A stretch of DNA of 64,000 nucleotides. Origin: Isurus oxyrinchus (lineage: Eukaryota). Positions 38,200 through 50,894 of the stretch are shown here, in pieces. The number at the start of each line of letters is the position of its first letter. Position 1 is the stretch's first letter. Below the pieces are notes generated by a model. It ran no database searches, was not told the DNA's origin, and saw only the letters and a program-made list of their open reading frames with translations. The stretch lies in assembly GCA_026770705.1 (NCBI GenBank), contig JANJGN010000026.1:33666001-33730000 (forward strand), written 5' to 3'. The translations under genes were made by a program, and so were the position numbers.

Positions 38200-39300
38200 A
38201 TACACACAGCTGACACAAATTGACAAACAAAAAACACGTCTACACACACACATAGGCACAGACACACTGACACAAACGCACACAGGTACAAGCAGACACA
38301 TGTACACCAACACATGCGGAACCACACAAAGACAGACAGACACACATAGACAAATATACACACACGTGCACACACACGCAGACACACACGCACACAATCA
38401 CAAACACATGGACACAGATGCACAAACATACACAGACACACACGTACACACATAAACAAATACACACGCACAATCACACACATTCATAAACAAACACACA
38501 ATCACACACATACAGAAATACACACACTGACACACTCGCTCACACACATATACACAATCACAAACACACACAAACAGATAAAACCAGACAAGCAGACTCA
38601 TACAAGGATACAAAGCACAAATGTAACTTTTAGCATATGCATTATCACACGTTCACAATGAAAGAAATACAGACAGAAAGACACACACGATCGTACACAT
38701 TAAAACAATGCATGGACATACATTAACACATGCACACACATGAGCAGACAACACCCAGATACAAAAACACAGAGAAACCGACTAACACATTCACAGACAC
38801 CCATGTGGACACAAACATGAACATACTCATACACACTAGAACACAAAAAACACATGTTGGTACATATGAAAACATAAACACGCATTGATACATAGTTCTA
38901 AATATCGATCAACACACAAATGCACACATTAAAAACCCTATTTCTCTCTCGCTGTGTCATACACACAGACGCTGTGACACAGACATTAATATGCTGACAC
39001 ACAGTGGAATACAAAAAGACACATTAACACTCATATTAGCAGGCAGGAACTCGTAAACACACATTAACTCAGATAGTAATAAGTCAACATAGACAACAAT
39101 ACACAAACACGCACAATAACACACTCATACATACACATCAGCAGAAAAACCAAATATACATACAGACGCAGACACAAAAATACACAAATCAGCACTCATT
39201 AGCACATGAACACACATATTAACACACATGCACACCTATGGACACACAAACAACCAGTAATGCAAAGTGCGAGATACTCATGCAGATACACACAAAAGCT
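38200..39300. repeat. Degenerate CA-rich low-complexity tract
   Basis: Dominated by caca/aca repeats. Confidence 0.9.
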
Positions 39301-39851
39301 AAAGCACAACACAGAGGCCAGGCTATTGAAGAAAGTATAATTCAAATGTACTTTTCTAACGGGCATATCCTCCGGCAATTGTCTCTATTACATAATAGCC
39401 CGATAAACACACTGAAACAATGTTCTTACTGAGAAACTGATTTAAATTAATGATGCACCAAATATTCCCATCACAAATAGACAAACAAGATGGGAACTCA
39501 TATCCGAGATTTTAAAAAGCAACGTCCACAGTTTCCAAATAAGTAGCTCAGTGAATCTCTCCCGATACCCATCATAATATTCTCCAATAATAGATCATAC
39601 GAAATTGTTCGAAAATAACCTGATACTGGAGAAAATTTGCCATATTTTCTGACATGGACTGTACAAAGATGGTAAAGGGAGAACAGCTGTGGAGATAGTT
39701 ACAGAGATGGGTTACTGAGTGTCCCTTAATAGTAGATATACATTGAACATTCAATACATTAATAACTTATGAAAGAGTAAAGGAAATATTTTTAAAATGA
39801 TATCCTAGATTAATAAACAATCTAATTATATTTCCTCATATATCCCCGTAG

Positions 39852-39979
39852 ATTCCACAGACCGCATCTGGATTGAAGACTCTGAGGATGATAACGGCAA
39901 CATCTGGACAACTGCTTCCACATTCATCATCCTGTTCTTCCTGAGCATTTTCTACAGCACTGCCGTCACTCTGGCGAAG
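39852..39979 (+). CDS. IGHM: IgM transmembrane exon TM1
   Basis: cgtag|AT; [43 protein letters not shown] with CART motif; phase-compatible with the Cmu4 internal donor; donor AAG|GTGAG. Confidence 0.95.
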
Positions 39980-40117
39980 GTGAGAAGATTCAATCCACTC
40001 ACACTTCAAACTGACAGAAGTGGTTTGAAATATCTCTCAATGTTTCATTGGTTAGAACTCTAACATAATAATCCCAGATTATAAACATCTGCTTCATTAT
40101 TTCATCCTCTTTTACAG

Positions 40118-40126
40118 ATCAAGTGA
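40118..40126 (+). CDS. IGHM: IgM TM2 exon (I-K-stop)
   Basis: ttttacag|ATC AAG TGA, with AATAAA at 40220 and ~40538. Confidence 0.88.
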   Translation: MK

Positions 40127-40699
40127 CCGGTTGAATTTTGGACACCGTAGATTTTCCTCAGCTCTTTATTGAGATCTCTGTATTCTGAATTTAAAATATA
40201 TCCTCTCGGTGACTGTAAAAATAAAATACCTTCAGTTTATGTTTCCCAATTTGTAACTGAGACAATCATGAACAGTATTTCCGTTTCTCTGTTTCAAATG
40301 TGCGAGATAATTGTGAATCATTGTAACAGTAGCTTATAATTTCCCACTAGTTTGAATTCCCTGTGTAAATAAGTAACTTTTCTCATTCCTCATTCCCAAT
40401 TAATCCCTTCCCTTTATATTGAGCTCCTGTTTTCTCTTTCTGGTGTCTGTTACAGTTGTACACACAGTTGGCAGCTCAGAGTGAATGTGCTCTGTTCTCA
40501 ATGTGACTCTCAGTCATTATATTCAGTTAACTTTAAAATAAACTTTTCTGTAAAATGTTCCCTGAAATTGTTAATAAATCATGAATGTGAAACGAACTGA
40601 CTTTGCTGAACTCCTTTCTCTCAGACCCATCGACATCGCTCCATTTTCCCTATTACACTGCTTCCCCCCCTTCTCCCAAGCAGGCATTTTTAACCAGTC

Positions 40700-40815
40700 T
40701 TGTCTGGGATCTGAAACAAAAACAGAAAATGTTGGAAAAACTCAGCAGGTCTCAGCATGTGTGGAGACAGAAAACGGAGTTAACGTTTCGAGTCCTCATG
40801 ACTTCTTCAGAGCTC
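40700..40815 (-). mobile_element. Penelope-like terminal fragment with hammerhead-like motif
   Basis: Reverse complement gagct-ctgaaga-agtc-atgag-gactc-gaaa-cgtt-aactc. Confidence 0.7.
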
Positions 40816-41759
40816 AAGATCCTTCAGTGAAAGAGTCACCGCGCCACCCAGCGGCCCATCGGTGTTAATACACCTTTACCTCTGCCTTTTTATGGCAAAT
40901 TCCAGAGGCAAAATGATTGCACAGCGAGGAGAATCTCGGTGATTTCACTCATACTCAGGCCTGTCACAGTCACATGTCAGGTAATTGTAAACAGCAGGGG
41001 TCTGCTTAATCAGAGGTCCATATAGGACAGTATATGGAGGATGAAAGTTTCCTTTACACTGTCCCATTAAACACTCCCAGCGTCGGTGCAGCAGGGTTTC
41101 GATAGAGACAAAAAGTTTTTTTCCCCTCTTTATCCTTTCATGAGATATGGTGTCGCTGGCAAGGCTGCTCTGAACAGTCCGCCTTCCGAGGCCATTTCAG
41201 AGGGCAGTTAACTGTCAACCGCATTGCTGTGGACCTGGAATCACATGTCGGCCAGGCCAGATGAAGATGACAGATTTCCTCCCCGAAAGGACTTGAGTGC
41301 AGCAGATGGGTTTTTACGACAATCGGTGATAGTTGTCATGGTCACCATCACTGAGGCCAGTTTTCAATTCCAGATTTTATTGATTGAACTCACATTCCAG
41401 CAGCTGCCATGTTGGGATTTGAAGCCCAGCCCCCAGAGCATTCGCCTGGACTCTCTCTACCTTGTCCGATTAAACACTCACAAGGCAGAGTCGTCACAGG
41501 CCACCTTCTCAAGTCTATTAGGGATGGGCAAAAAATGCTGGCCCAGACAGACACGCCCACATCGCATAAACGAATAACAAAAAATACGTATATACCACAC
41601 ACAGTACAGTTGATACAAACCATTGGATGATTCCTAGAGACTAGGGCCGATCGAAGAGCAATTCTGCAAATTATTACCACAGTTTGGGGCTTATCAGGGA
41701 CACCAGGGAGCACAAATCTTGGAAATTCCCAGGCACTGCGGCCTGCCTGATGCAACAAA

Positions 41760-42125
41760 CAACTGAACTCACTAAGCATCTCCCCAGGGATCCTCTCTTC
41801 CTGTTCCATTCCGTCTGATACCATCCTCCTGAATTCACTGAGCATCACCCCAGGGGTCCTCTCTCCCTGCTCCATTCCCTCTGATACCATACTCCTGAAC
41901 ATCACCCCAGGGGTCCTCTAACCCTGCTCCATTCCCTCTGACACCATCCTCCTGAACATCACTCCAGAGATCCTCTCTTCCTCCTCCATTACCATCCTCC
42001 TGAACTCACTGAGCATCACCCCAGAGATTCTCTCTCCCGGCTCCATTCCCTCTGATACCATCCTCCTGAACTCATTGAACATCACCCCAGGGATCCTCCC
42101 TTCCTGCTCCATTCCCTCTGATACC
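41760..42125. repeat. ~66-bp (with ~54-bp variants) minisatellite
   Basis: catcaccccagggatcctctctccctgctccattccctctgataccatcctcctgaactcactgag repeated about 6 times. Confidence 0.9.
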
Positions 42126-42250
42126 AGCTCAAATGGGAAGCTTCAACTCTCACTCCACTGATTCTGGCAGAGGCTGTTAAGCGTTTTCAGTTTTAAACCA
42201 ATAATAAGAACTCTCTGTTTAAGCAGTGTGACATGAGCAAAGAACCCTCA

Positions 42251-42322
42251 TTCCCAAACCAGAAATTTAATCCGGGCTGCGGCGTTGAAAGGGCCAAATT
42301 CTAACCACATGGCCACCAGGGA
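42251..42322 (-). pseudogene. tRNA-Glu(TTC) pseudogene
   Basis: Reverse complement TCCCTGGTGGCCATGTGGTTAGAATTTGGCCCTTTCAACGCCGCAGCCCGGATTAAATTTCTGGTTTGGGAA; B-box and stems degraded. Confidence 0.8.
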
Positions 42323-42754
42323 TGTTATCCTTGTGTTTTGATAAATGATACTTTTGCCATTTTTTTCATTTCAAGCTGCTTTATCCAGAGACAAAATGAC
42401 CTATTTAGCCAACTCAACAACCATTGCCATTGGCTGGAACATGAAATTGACAGTGTGGTGAAATAGTACCAAAAGCTGTGAATTGCAAATTCAATTTCCA
42501 AAACCCACCAATCTAATCACTGCAGCTCCTGTGCAACTTGCAAGGCAACACACGACAGACATTCATCATCGAAAGTAATTGACCGACATAAAATTCTTCC
42601 ACTCTCATGTTACATCTTCTAACTCCTAACCTCCACCTCAGTCATTTCCAGTTCTATTTAATACCCATTTGGAACTTCAACTCTGCTCCTCATTCCACGG
42701 ATTTTGGCCGACTTGCTATGCATTTTATATTATAATAAAGCCATGAATTTGTGC

Positions 42755-43640
42755 TCTAATAAAAACAGGGGTGCTGAAGTTCCCAGCAGGTCTGGCAGCA
42801 TCTGTGGAGACAGAAACAGGTTGAATGTTTTCAGGCCATATGGCACTTCTTCAGACCTGAAAGGAGATAGAAATGTGATGGGATTTATGCTGCTGACGGG
42901 GCGGAGGGTTGGGGGGGGCGGTTAAGAAAATGGAGCAAAAACGTTCAGGGATAGGATGGAGGTCAGGAGAGATTAAATGACAAAGATATCATGGAACACA
43001 AGTCAAAGGCAAAGGAAATTATATTATTAATTATGAAAGTAGGTATTAATATCTAGACAAAGGTCAGCACTGACTGGAAGCAAAATAGCAGAATGTGTTA
43101 ATTGCAGAAAAAGGGTCGGCGCTGTCTGAAAGCAAACATGAGAACAAGATGCAGGCTGGCACTTGGGGGGTGGGAGGCTGCAGGGAAATTAAAATGGAGG
43201 ATGGAGTTGATGGTGTGAATCTGTTGACCTCAATGTTGAGTCCAGAAGGCTGTAGAGTGCCTATTGAGAAGATGAGGTGCTGTTCCTCCAGTTCGCATTG
43301 AGCTTCACTGGAACATTGTAGAAGGCCGAGGACAGAAATGTGAGTGTGAGCGAGATGGTGACAGGCAGGTCTGGGTTATGCTTGTGGACTGAGTGAAAGT
43401 GTTCCACAAAGCGGACAGTCAGTCTGTGTTTACTCTCCCCATTGTAGAGGAGACCACATTGAGGGCAATGAATGCAACAGCCTGAATTGCATGAAGTGCA
43501 AATAAATCTCTGCTTCATCTGGAAGGAGCGTTTGAAACCTTGGAGGGAGGTGGGAGGAGGTAAAGGGGCAGGTGTTACACCTCCTGCAATTGCATGGGAA
43601 GGTGCCATGGGAAGGGGATGAGATGTTGGGGGTGATAGTG
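42755..43640 (-). mobile_element. Penelope-like element fragment with GIY-YIG endonuclease remnant
   Basis: GTFPCNCRRCNTCPF and CIHCPQCGLLYNGESKHRLTVRFVEH; same family as 44931. Confidence 0.85.
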
Positions 43641-43687
43641 TTTTTTGAATCAGAAATTGGTTTCTGGTTGTGATATTTTGCACTACA

Positions 43688-43750
43688 GCGAGACCAGGAA
43701 TCAAACCTGGGCGATGAGAACACCAGATCATAACCACTAGGTCACCAGGG
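43688..43750 (-). pseudogene. tRNA-Glu(CTC)-like pseudogene with internal deletion
   Basis: Reverse complement CCCTGGTGACCTAGTGGTTATGATCTGGTGTTCTCATCGCCCAGGTTTGATTCCTGGTC. Confidence 0.65.
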
Positions 43751-44319
43751 TGCTTGTGAATCATCCTGTTTAGAGAATTCAGCTGTCAACCAGAGCATTG
43801 GTGGTTTGACACCATCTAGGGCCAGTAGAATCTCTCTATTCCTGCTTCTAATTATATTACAGACACAGTTCTGCTTTGAGTCCTTTGGTTACAAGGAAAT
43901 GTTGCCCTAACTTTGCCAGCCCTGCTGTTATCCAGTAGGTTCCCAGGCAAATAGTTATATGAATTTTTATTTCAAAGAAATGAGATAAATTAGAGCAAAC
44001 ATGTGCATAACATCCAACTCGTTGGGTTCAAAGCATCAAATAGAAATTGATATAGAAACAAAAATAGCTGGAAAAGCTCAGCAGGTCTGACAGCATCTGC
44101 AAAGAGGAACACAATTGATGTTTTGAGTCTGTATGACTCTTTGAATAGACTCTCAAATAGAAATTGATTCTGTGATTGCACAAATAGAACTGGAACACAC
44201 CATTGCTCCGAGTGAATCCGTTGTCTGTTTACATGTTGCTCAGTGAAAATTTCAATCATCCTTGACTTTGTGGCATTCGGGTACTGAATCGGTAAGCAGT
44301 CTATACTCAAAGGGCATGT

Positions 44320-44915
44320 GAACATACGAATTAGGAGCAGGACTGGGCCACCGGCCCTTCAAGCCTGTTCCACCATTTTATAAGATCATGGCTAACCTTT
44401 CAGCCCCTTGTTATATCTACCTATCTCTGCCTTAAAAAGATTCAAAGACTCTGCTTCCACTGCCTTTTGAAGGAGAGAGTTACAAATACTCACGATGCTC
44501 TGAGAGAAAAAGAATTCTCTCATCTCTGTCTTAAATGAGCGAACTCCTATTTTTAAACAGTGACACCTAGTTCCAGATTCTCCCACAAGAGGAAAGATCC
44601 TCTTCACACCCACCCTGTCAAAACTCCTCAGGATCTGAAAGATTCCGATCAAGTCGCCTCTTAGTTTTCTAAATTCCAGCGGATACAGGCCTAGCCTGTC
44701 CACCCTTTCCTCATAAGACAGCCCGCCTATCTGTGATATTAGTCCAGTAAGCCTTCCCTGAACGACTTCTAACGCATTTATATCTTTCCTTAAATAAGGA
44801 GGCCAACACTTTCCACAGCACTCCAGATATGGTCACACCGGTGTCCTGTACAACTGAACCATAACCTTCTTACTTCAATTCCCCTCATAGTGAATGATAA
44901 CGTTCAATCCTAATT
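44320..44915 (-). mobile_element. CR1-clade LINE 3' fragment
   Basis: DRLGLYPLEFRKLRGDLI...FFSQSIVSICNSL. Confidence 0.85.
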
Positions 44916-44929
44916 ACTGAATCCTAATT

Positions 44930-45804
44930 AGTGAAGCAACATTTCACTTGCATTTCCCCCAACTTAGTCTACTGCATTCGTTGCTCCCAATGTGGTCTCC
45001 TCTACATTGGAGAGACCAAACGTAAACTGGGCGACCGCTTTGCAGAACACCTGCGGTCTGTCCGCAAGAATGACCCAAACCTCCCCGTCGCTTGCCATTT
45101 TAACACTCCACCCTGCTCTCTTGCCCACATGTCTGTCCTTGGCTTGCTGCATTGTTCCAGTGAAGCCCCAAGCAAACTGGAGGAACAACACCTCATCTTC
45201 CGACTAGGCACCTTACAGCCTTCCGGACTGAATATTGAATTCAACAACTTTAGGTCGTGAGTTCCCTCCCCCATCTCCACCCCCTTTCTGTTTCCCCCTT
45301 TTTTTCCCAATAAATTATATAGATTTTTCTTTTCCCACCTATTTCCATTATTTTTAAATATTTTAAAATCTTTTATGCTCCCTCCACCCCCACTAGAGCT
45401 GTACCTTGAGTGCCCTACCATCCATCCTTAATTAGCACATTCGTTTAGATAATATCACCAACTTTAACTTTAACACCTATGTGTTCTATTGTACCATTGT
45501 CGCTGACATCTTTTGATGATCTGCTTCTATCACTGCTTGTTTGTCCCTACAACCACACCGCCCCCCCCCACCTCTCTCTCTCTCTATCTCTCCGCCCCCA
45601 CACACACACCTTAAAGCAGCTTATATTTCAACTCTTTCTTGGACTCGAAATCAAGTTCTGTCGAAGGGTCATGAGGACTCGAAACGTCAACTCTTTTCTT
45701 CTCCGCCGTTGCTGCCAGACCTGCTGAGTTTTTCCAGGTAATTCTGTTTTTGTTTTGGATTTCCAGCATCCCCAGTTTTTTTGTTTTTATATTTTTTTTG
45801 TTTT
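44930..45804 (+). mobile_element. 5'-truncated Penelope-like retroelement with open GIY-YIG domain (44931-45260)
   Basis: NLVYCIRCSQCGLLYIGETKRKLGDRFAEH...LEEQHLIFRLGTLQPSGLN; flanked by the direct repeat AATCCTAATT (44920 and 45805). Confidence 0.92.
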
Positions 45805-46724
45805 AATCCTAATTGCTTGTTGTGCCTAAATAGTTCCGCTTTTTTATCAATTTCTTTCAGACCTCCTGAATAGCTTTGCGCATCTGGAAACTATTCTCTC
45901 ATGTTTCAGCCCTGTTACCCTGACATGTCTAAATCTCTTCGCAGCTGATTTACTCCTCTGTATCCTCCTCACAGCTTACATTTCCACCGTTTACATCAGC
46001 TAAGTTTTGTCTACATGCGCCAGCAAGGGTCGAACTCAGCACCTGGTTTGGTAAGTCCACTGTTTTAACCACTGGGTTGCCCCAAGGAGGTAAATGTCCT
46101 CTTGCAACTTTTAAAACTACTACTATTCTCTGTACCACTTACCATGAAGATACATAACTAAAGTGAGTAAAGTTTACAATGGTAAAAATGCGTTTACCCC
46201 CCTCAGGGAACTAAATCATATTGACACATGCAGATGAACATACACAGACATGGACACCGATAGTGACAGCTGCCTAAGGAAAGAAAGATATCCAGAAAGC
46301 AAGGATGTCACCAGATTGGCTCCGTTTTTGTTCCATTTCCAACTGCAAATTTGGTGAATGCCTGCGGATGAACGGAAATGAAAAATACTGGGAAGCGTTT
46401 GAAATTTTTTTTAATAGATAATTAATTCTGTGACTCATTCTTAAAGCAGGAACAATGAGAAATGTAAACTACTAAATGTAGTTTGCAGGTTCAATATGCA
46501 GGATTTGAAACTGTATCAGGAAACATAAAATGGTTTCAAGCCCATTACATAAGCAACTCAGCTCCGTCCATTGCTGCCATCTACCTTTTAATGCGACAAA
46601 GTGGTTACAGCTGAGAATGAAGACATGTAGCCCCATCTATTCCTGGCTGCCCTGCAATTTCTGCTGTCTCTCCTCGATCTTTCCTCCAGAATGGAGCACT
46701 GCACACCGAACGTACACAGGAACA

Positions 46725-47105
46725 CACATGTGATTGAGGTGCATAAAATTATATGGGGCATAGGTAGGGTAGACTGAAAGGAACTTTTCCCCTTAGTGGA
46801 GGGATCAATAACCAGGGGGCGCAGATTTAAGATAAGGGGTGGAAGGTTTAGAGGTGATGCGAGGAAGAATGTTTTCACCCAGAGGGTCGTAGGAATCTGG
46901 AACTCACTGTCTGAAAGGGTGGTAGAGGCAGAAACTCTCATAACGTTAAAGAAGTATTTGGATGTACACTTGTGATGCCATGGTATACAAGGCAATGGGC
47001 CTAGTGCTGGAAAATGGGTTTAGAATAGTTAGGCACTTGTTTGACGGGCGCAGACTCGATGGGCCGAAGGGCCTTTTTCTGTGCTATGGGCCCCAATGAC
47101 TCTAT
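46725..47105 (+). mobile_element. CR1-clade LINE 3' fragment
   Basis: 'gaagaatgttttcacccagagggtcgtaggaatctggaactcactg' and tail 'gactcgatgggccgaagggcc'. Confidence 0.8.
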
Positions 47106-47155
47106 AACTGAAGGGTTTGGCAAAATTGATTGAAAATATGAACCGTCTGAAGCTC

Positions 47156-47237
47156 TGACAATGGAGGGATTTGAACCCACGCTTCCACAAAAACTGGAAC
47201 CTAACTCCAGCATCTTGGACCACTCGGCAACGCAACC
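47156..47237 (-). pseudogene. tRNA-Leu(TAG) pseudogene or diverged copy
   Basis: 82 nt; reverse complement GGTTGCGTTGCCGAGTGGTCCAAGATGCTGGAGTTAGGTTCCAG...GCGTGGGTTCAAATCCCTCCATTGTCA; acceptor stem mismatched. Confidence 0.8.
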
Positions 47238-49011
47238 ACTATAGTGGCAAAAATTGTCCTTGCCATGACTGAAATTTTCAATCACTCTCCATGTTATAAC
47301 ATTCAGTAACTGAACAGTCTCCACTGAAAAAACATACAGAAAGAAACATTCTCCTCTTGCATCTTTCCAACCTACTTTTTCTTTCTGAGCCTTTTTAATG
47401 TGAAGCTACACAACTAATGTGAGTGAAGTTTGCGATGGTAAAAATGGGTCCATCCCCTCGTGGAACCGAACCGCTTTGATACATTCCTGATCTGAACCAC
47501 TCGCTGTGCAACATAGAAGCCCCTTTAAAACTGTAACTATTATTTTCAGTTTCCTCTCCTCTCCGACCAAAATGAATCACTTCACACTTCCAGACATTAA
47601 ATTTCAGCTGCCACTTGTCCATCCAAATGGATTTGTTGAAGGGCCCGAAAGGAGAACCGACTCAAACTGGGAATGAAAGAGTGAGAATGAAAGAAGAGAC
47701 GTGACGGGTGTTGTCGATCCCAGGGGAAAGAGACTCTGTTCATTGTGACAGTTCACACAGCAACAAGGAAACAACATTCCCTGATGAGGGCCAACTGCGA
47801 GCGGCAGGACTGGGAGTGCCGAATAACAGCCTGTTTAGTTAAAACATAGAAGACTTCTTCAGCCAATAACAGCATCGAGTGTGTTCGACATGAACATGAA
47901 GTGAACAGTGAGGGGAAATAGTGCCACAAGTTGCGGATGTACAACGTTCAATTTCCAAACCCACCAACAGAATCAATGCGGCTCCTCTGAAACTTTCAAG
48001 GCAAATATTGATCCTTTATTAGATGCCGTTCCCAGAACTATACACAGTCCTCCACGTGTGACCTAACCAGGGCTTTGTATAGCTGCAGCAAATCTTTCCC
48101 TCTTTTCTATAACAGTCTCTGTAACAGGTTGTACAGCAAGACAAATTAGATTGTATAAGGCGACTGAGAAAAATGAGGACATGCTTGATCTGAATCAATC
48201 TCTTTGGAAAGTTTGGTATGAAATCAGCTGCATAAATACATTTATGGTTCAAAAAATATATCGGAATCTAAAGTCCAACTCCTGATGTCATTGGGTCAGG
48301 GAAACTTTGTTAATGATCACACAGTGTGCTGGGCACTGCAGAAACTCCTGCACCTCTTTAATATTGTTCCATAACTTTCATAAGCTCCATGAAATCTCTG
48401 TTTAACCTCCTTTGTTCTAAAGAGAACAATCGCGGCCTCAATAATCTCTCCACAAAGCTGAATTTCGTCATCTATAGACATGATATAAGGTGGAAAATTG
48501 CAATGAGATTTTAGAAAATATTGCCAGCTGGCAGTTGAGAAGATGGAAAAGGAACCAAAGCAGAAACCCCAGTCTCCAGCTTTGTGAATCTTTCCAAATT
48601 CTTTGGGAACCGGGATCAGAGGAGAATGAAGGGTGAACTGTCCGACTGACCGTTCAAGGTACCGTTCCCTTCTTTAAGGTACTGGAACATTGACTCTGAT
48701 GTTATTATTGAAATTAACTGATCTGAGACATGGAAAGGATTCTCCTCACTGCACATCAGCAATTCAAGCCGAATATTGGTTTCGCGACAATCAGAACACT
48801 TGGTGACAGACAAGGCACCAAAAGGATCGAAGGGAGACTGTAGGAGAGCTGGTTCCAAGTGACACGGATGTGTCTGCAGTAGGTAGGATCAGACTGTTTC
48901 CATGTATCTAAATCAATGCCTTACATTTTATTTTGGAAAAGTAAAACTCATAGAGAACAATGATCATTCTGATAGTGGCAATCTGAAGCTTTAAGTTCAT
49001 ATCTTGCGACT

Positions 49012-49085
49012 TTTTCTGTGGTGCAATTGGTCAGCGTGTTCGGCTGTTAACTGGAAGGTTGGTAGTTCGAGACCACCCAGAGATG
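49012..49085 (+). pseudogene. tRNA-Asn(GTT) diverged copy
   Basis: TTTTCTGTGGTGCAATTGGTCAGCGTGTTCGGCTGTTAACTGGAAGGTTGGTAGTTCGAGACCACCCAGAGATG; CpG-type decay and stem mismatches. Confidence 0.82.
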
Positions 49086-49974
49086 AAGCTTTCACTGTTT
49101 ATCAGCCCATCACATTCATCACCCCACAGCTCTGGGTTGCTAAGGTGCATATTGGTTTCAAGCAAATAATCCACATTTCTGTTATTCAGTGACCCACACA
49201 AACGGTTGCTTTCTTATGAATATTTCAAATGTAAAGAGAAAATTATTAGGCCCACCATGTACCAATATCTAACCCATTGGAAAGATATGAAGTTATGTGA
49301 TTCAAACAAACCCATCAGTGATTGTCTCTTCCTCAGCTCCACAGTGAGTGGGACAGGGAAGAGCGGAGAAGCGGCAATATTCCGGCCCCACACTCTCCAA
49401 TCACCCGCTGCCAGCAGAAAGCAGCGTCAGCAGCTTCATTCAGCGGGTTACTGTCCATCCCTGGGATGCAAGATACTCCAACACGGGCTAAACCTCCCAA
49501 TATACCGAGCAGTCTCAGGCAAACACAGGTAGATTATATCCCGGCCACTAAACCTCCAAGCAGCATTAACAGAATACCCGAGAGAGGGAGTCACAAATAA
49601 AAACGACGACAACTTTGTAAATCTTTTCACTGTGAAATTCTATCTTTTTATTTAAAAACTGACAGTTGTGAATCTGAAAATGAGCACCATGGGATTTGTG
49701 TTACCAACTGACTTGTTTTCCATTGTTTGTCCGACAGGTTTGCAACTCAATTTGTGTTGGAGATTGAAGCGAATCTGATTTCAAAATGTGGTTATAAAAC
49801 AGATAAACATTAAATCCAGGAACAAATCCTGAGGAAATGGATCACAATGTTTGGAAGGAGGTGCAGCTGAGAAGCAGAAACTGTGAATGATGTTATTGAT
49901 GATTGATGGGAAAGCATTGGACCCTTGGGCTTCTGGTGGTCAATTTCCTTCTCTCCCATTGCATTCAGACTGTT

Positions 49975-50415
49975 AACTCGCTGTGATGTTTTCCCTTCCC
50001 ACATTCGGAGCAGGTGAATGGCCTCTCCACAGTGTGAACTTGCTGGTATCTCAGCCGATGGATGTATGAGTGAATCCCTTCCCACACATGGAGCAGGTTA
50101 ATAACTTCCCACCAGTGTGACTGCATTAGTGAATTTCCAGCTAAGATGGGTGACTCAATCCTTCCTCACATTCCCCACATTTTACAGATTCTCATCAGTG
50201 TAACTGCGCTTGTATTTCAACAGGCCAGATGATGCCTTGAATCCTCGTCCACACACAGGACACGTGTACAGTTTCTCCCCACTGTGAACGGTGCTTTTTC
50301 CTTCCGTGTTCAAACTCTGATGATATTCAGGCTACGATAAACTGGGCGACTCAGCCAGATCCTAGTGTGATGTTGGTTTGAGTTTCCTGACTGCAAATCT
50401 TCCCCTCCTAATACC
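49975..50415 (-). pseudogene. C2H2 zinc-finger pseudogene
   Basis: [22 protein letters not shown]... with the start mutated (ACG), stops and frameshifts; paralogous to 60716-61610 including the splice acceptor. Confidence 0.85.
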
Positions 50416-50894
50416 CTGTGAAAATGATTTAAAACAGAAAAAAGGGAGTGAGGGAGAACCCACAAAAACACAAAGGCAGGTTGTGAAATTGAACTGAAAA
50501 TTTGGAAATTTGTGGGACAGACACTAGGGCAAAATGACATTCAAAGCTGCTGGATTGTCAAACAATTCAACTGGTTGACTAATGTTCATCAGAGAAGGGA
50601 ACCTTACACTCAGTCTGGGCACAAGACGTCTATAGGAGGAGAGAGGGGGAGACAAAGAGGAAGATAGAGAGAGAAAATGAGGGAGAAATGCAAAAGGAGA
50701 GATAGAGAGTGACGTGACAGGGTAAGGTTCAGAGGGAGAGAGAGATAGAGAGAGAGAGAGAGGTGAGAGTGGCAGGGGTGAAAGAGAGGGATTTCATATC
50801 AGCTCGACCAGAACTTTAACAGAACGTCTCGAACCCTGAATCTACACCATCTAGAAGGAGCAAGGTAACAGGTGTACGCAAACTCACACACCAT

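Noticed and set aside
38068-38885. Cys/Val-rich minus-strand ORFs
   Set aside because: These are translations of TG-dinucleotide low-complexity sequence.
21447-40126. IgW, IgNAR or germline-joined IgM1gj identity
   Set aside because: Four mu-type C exons including Cmu2, a mu tailpiece, and separate V, D, D and J segments with RSSs indicate conventional IgM.
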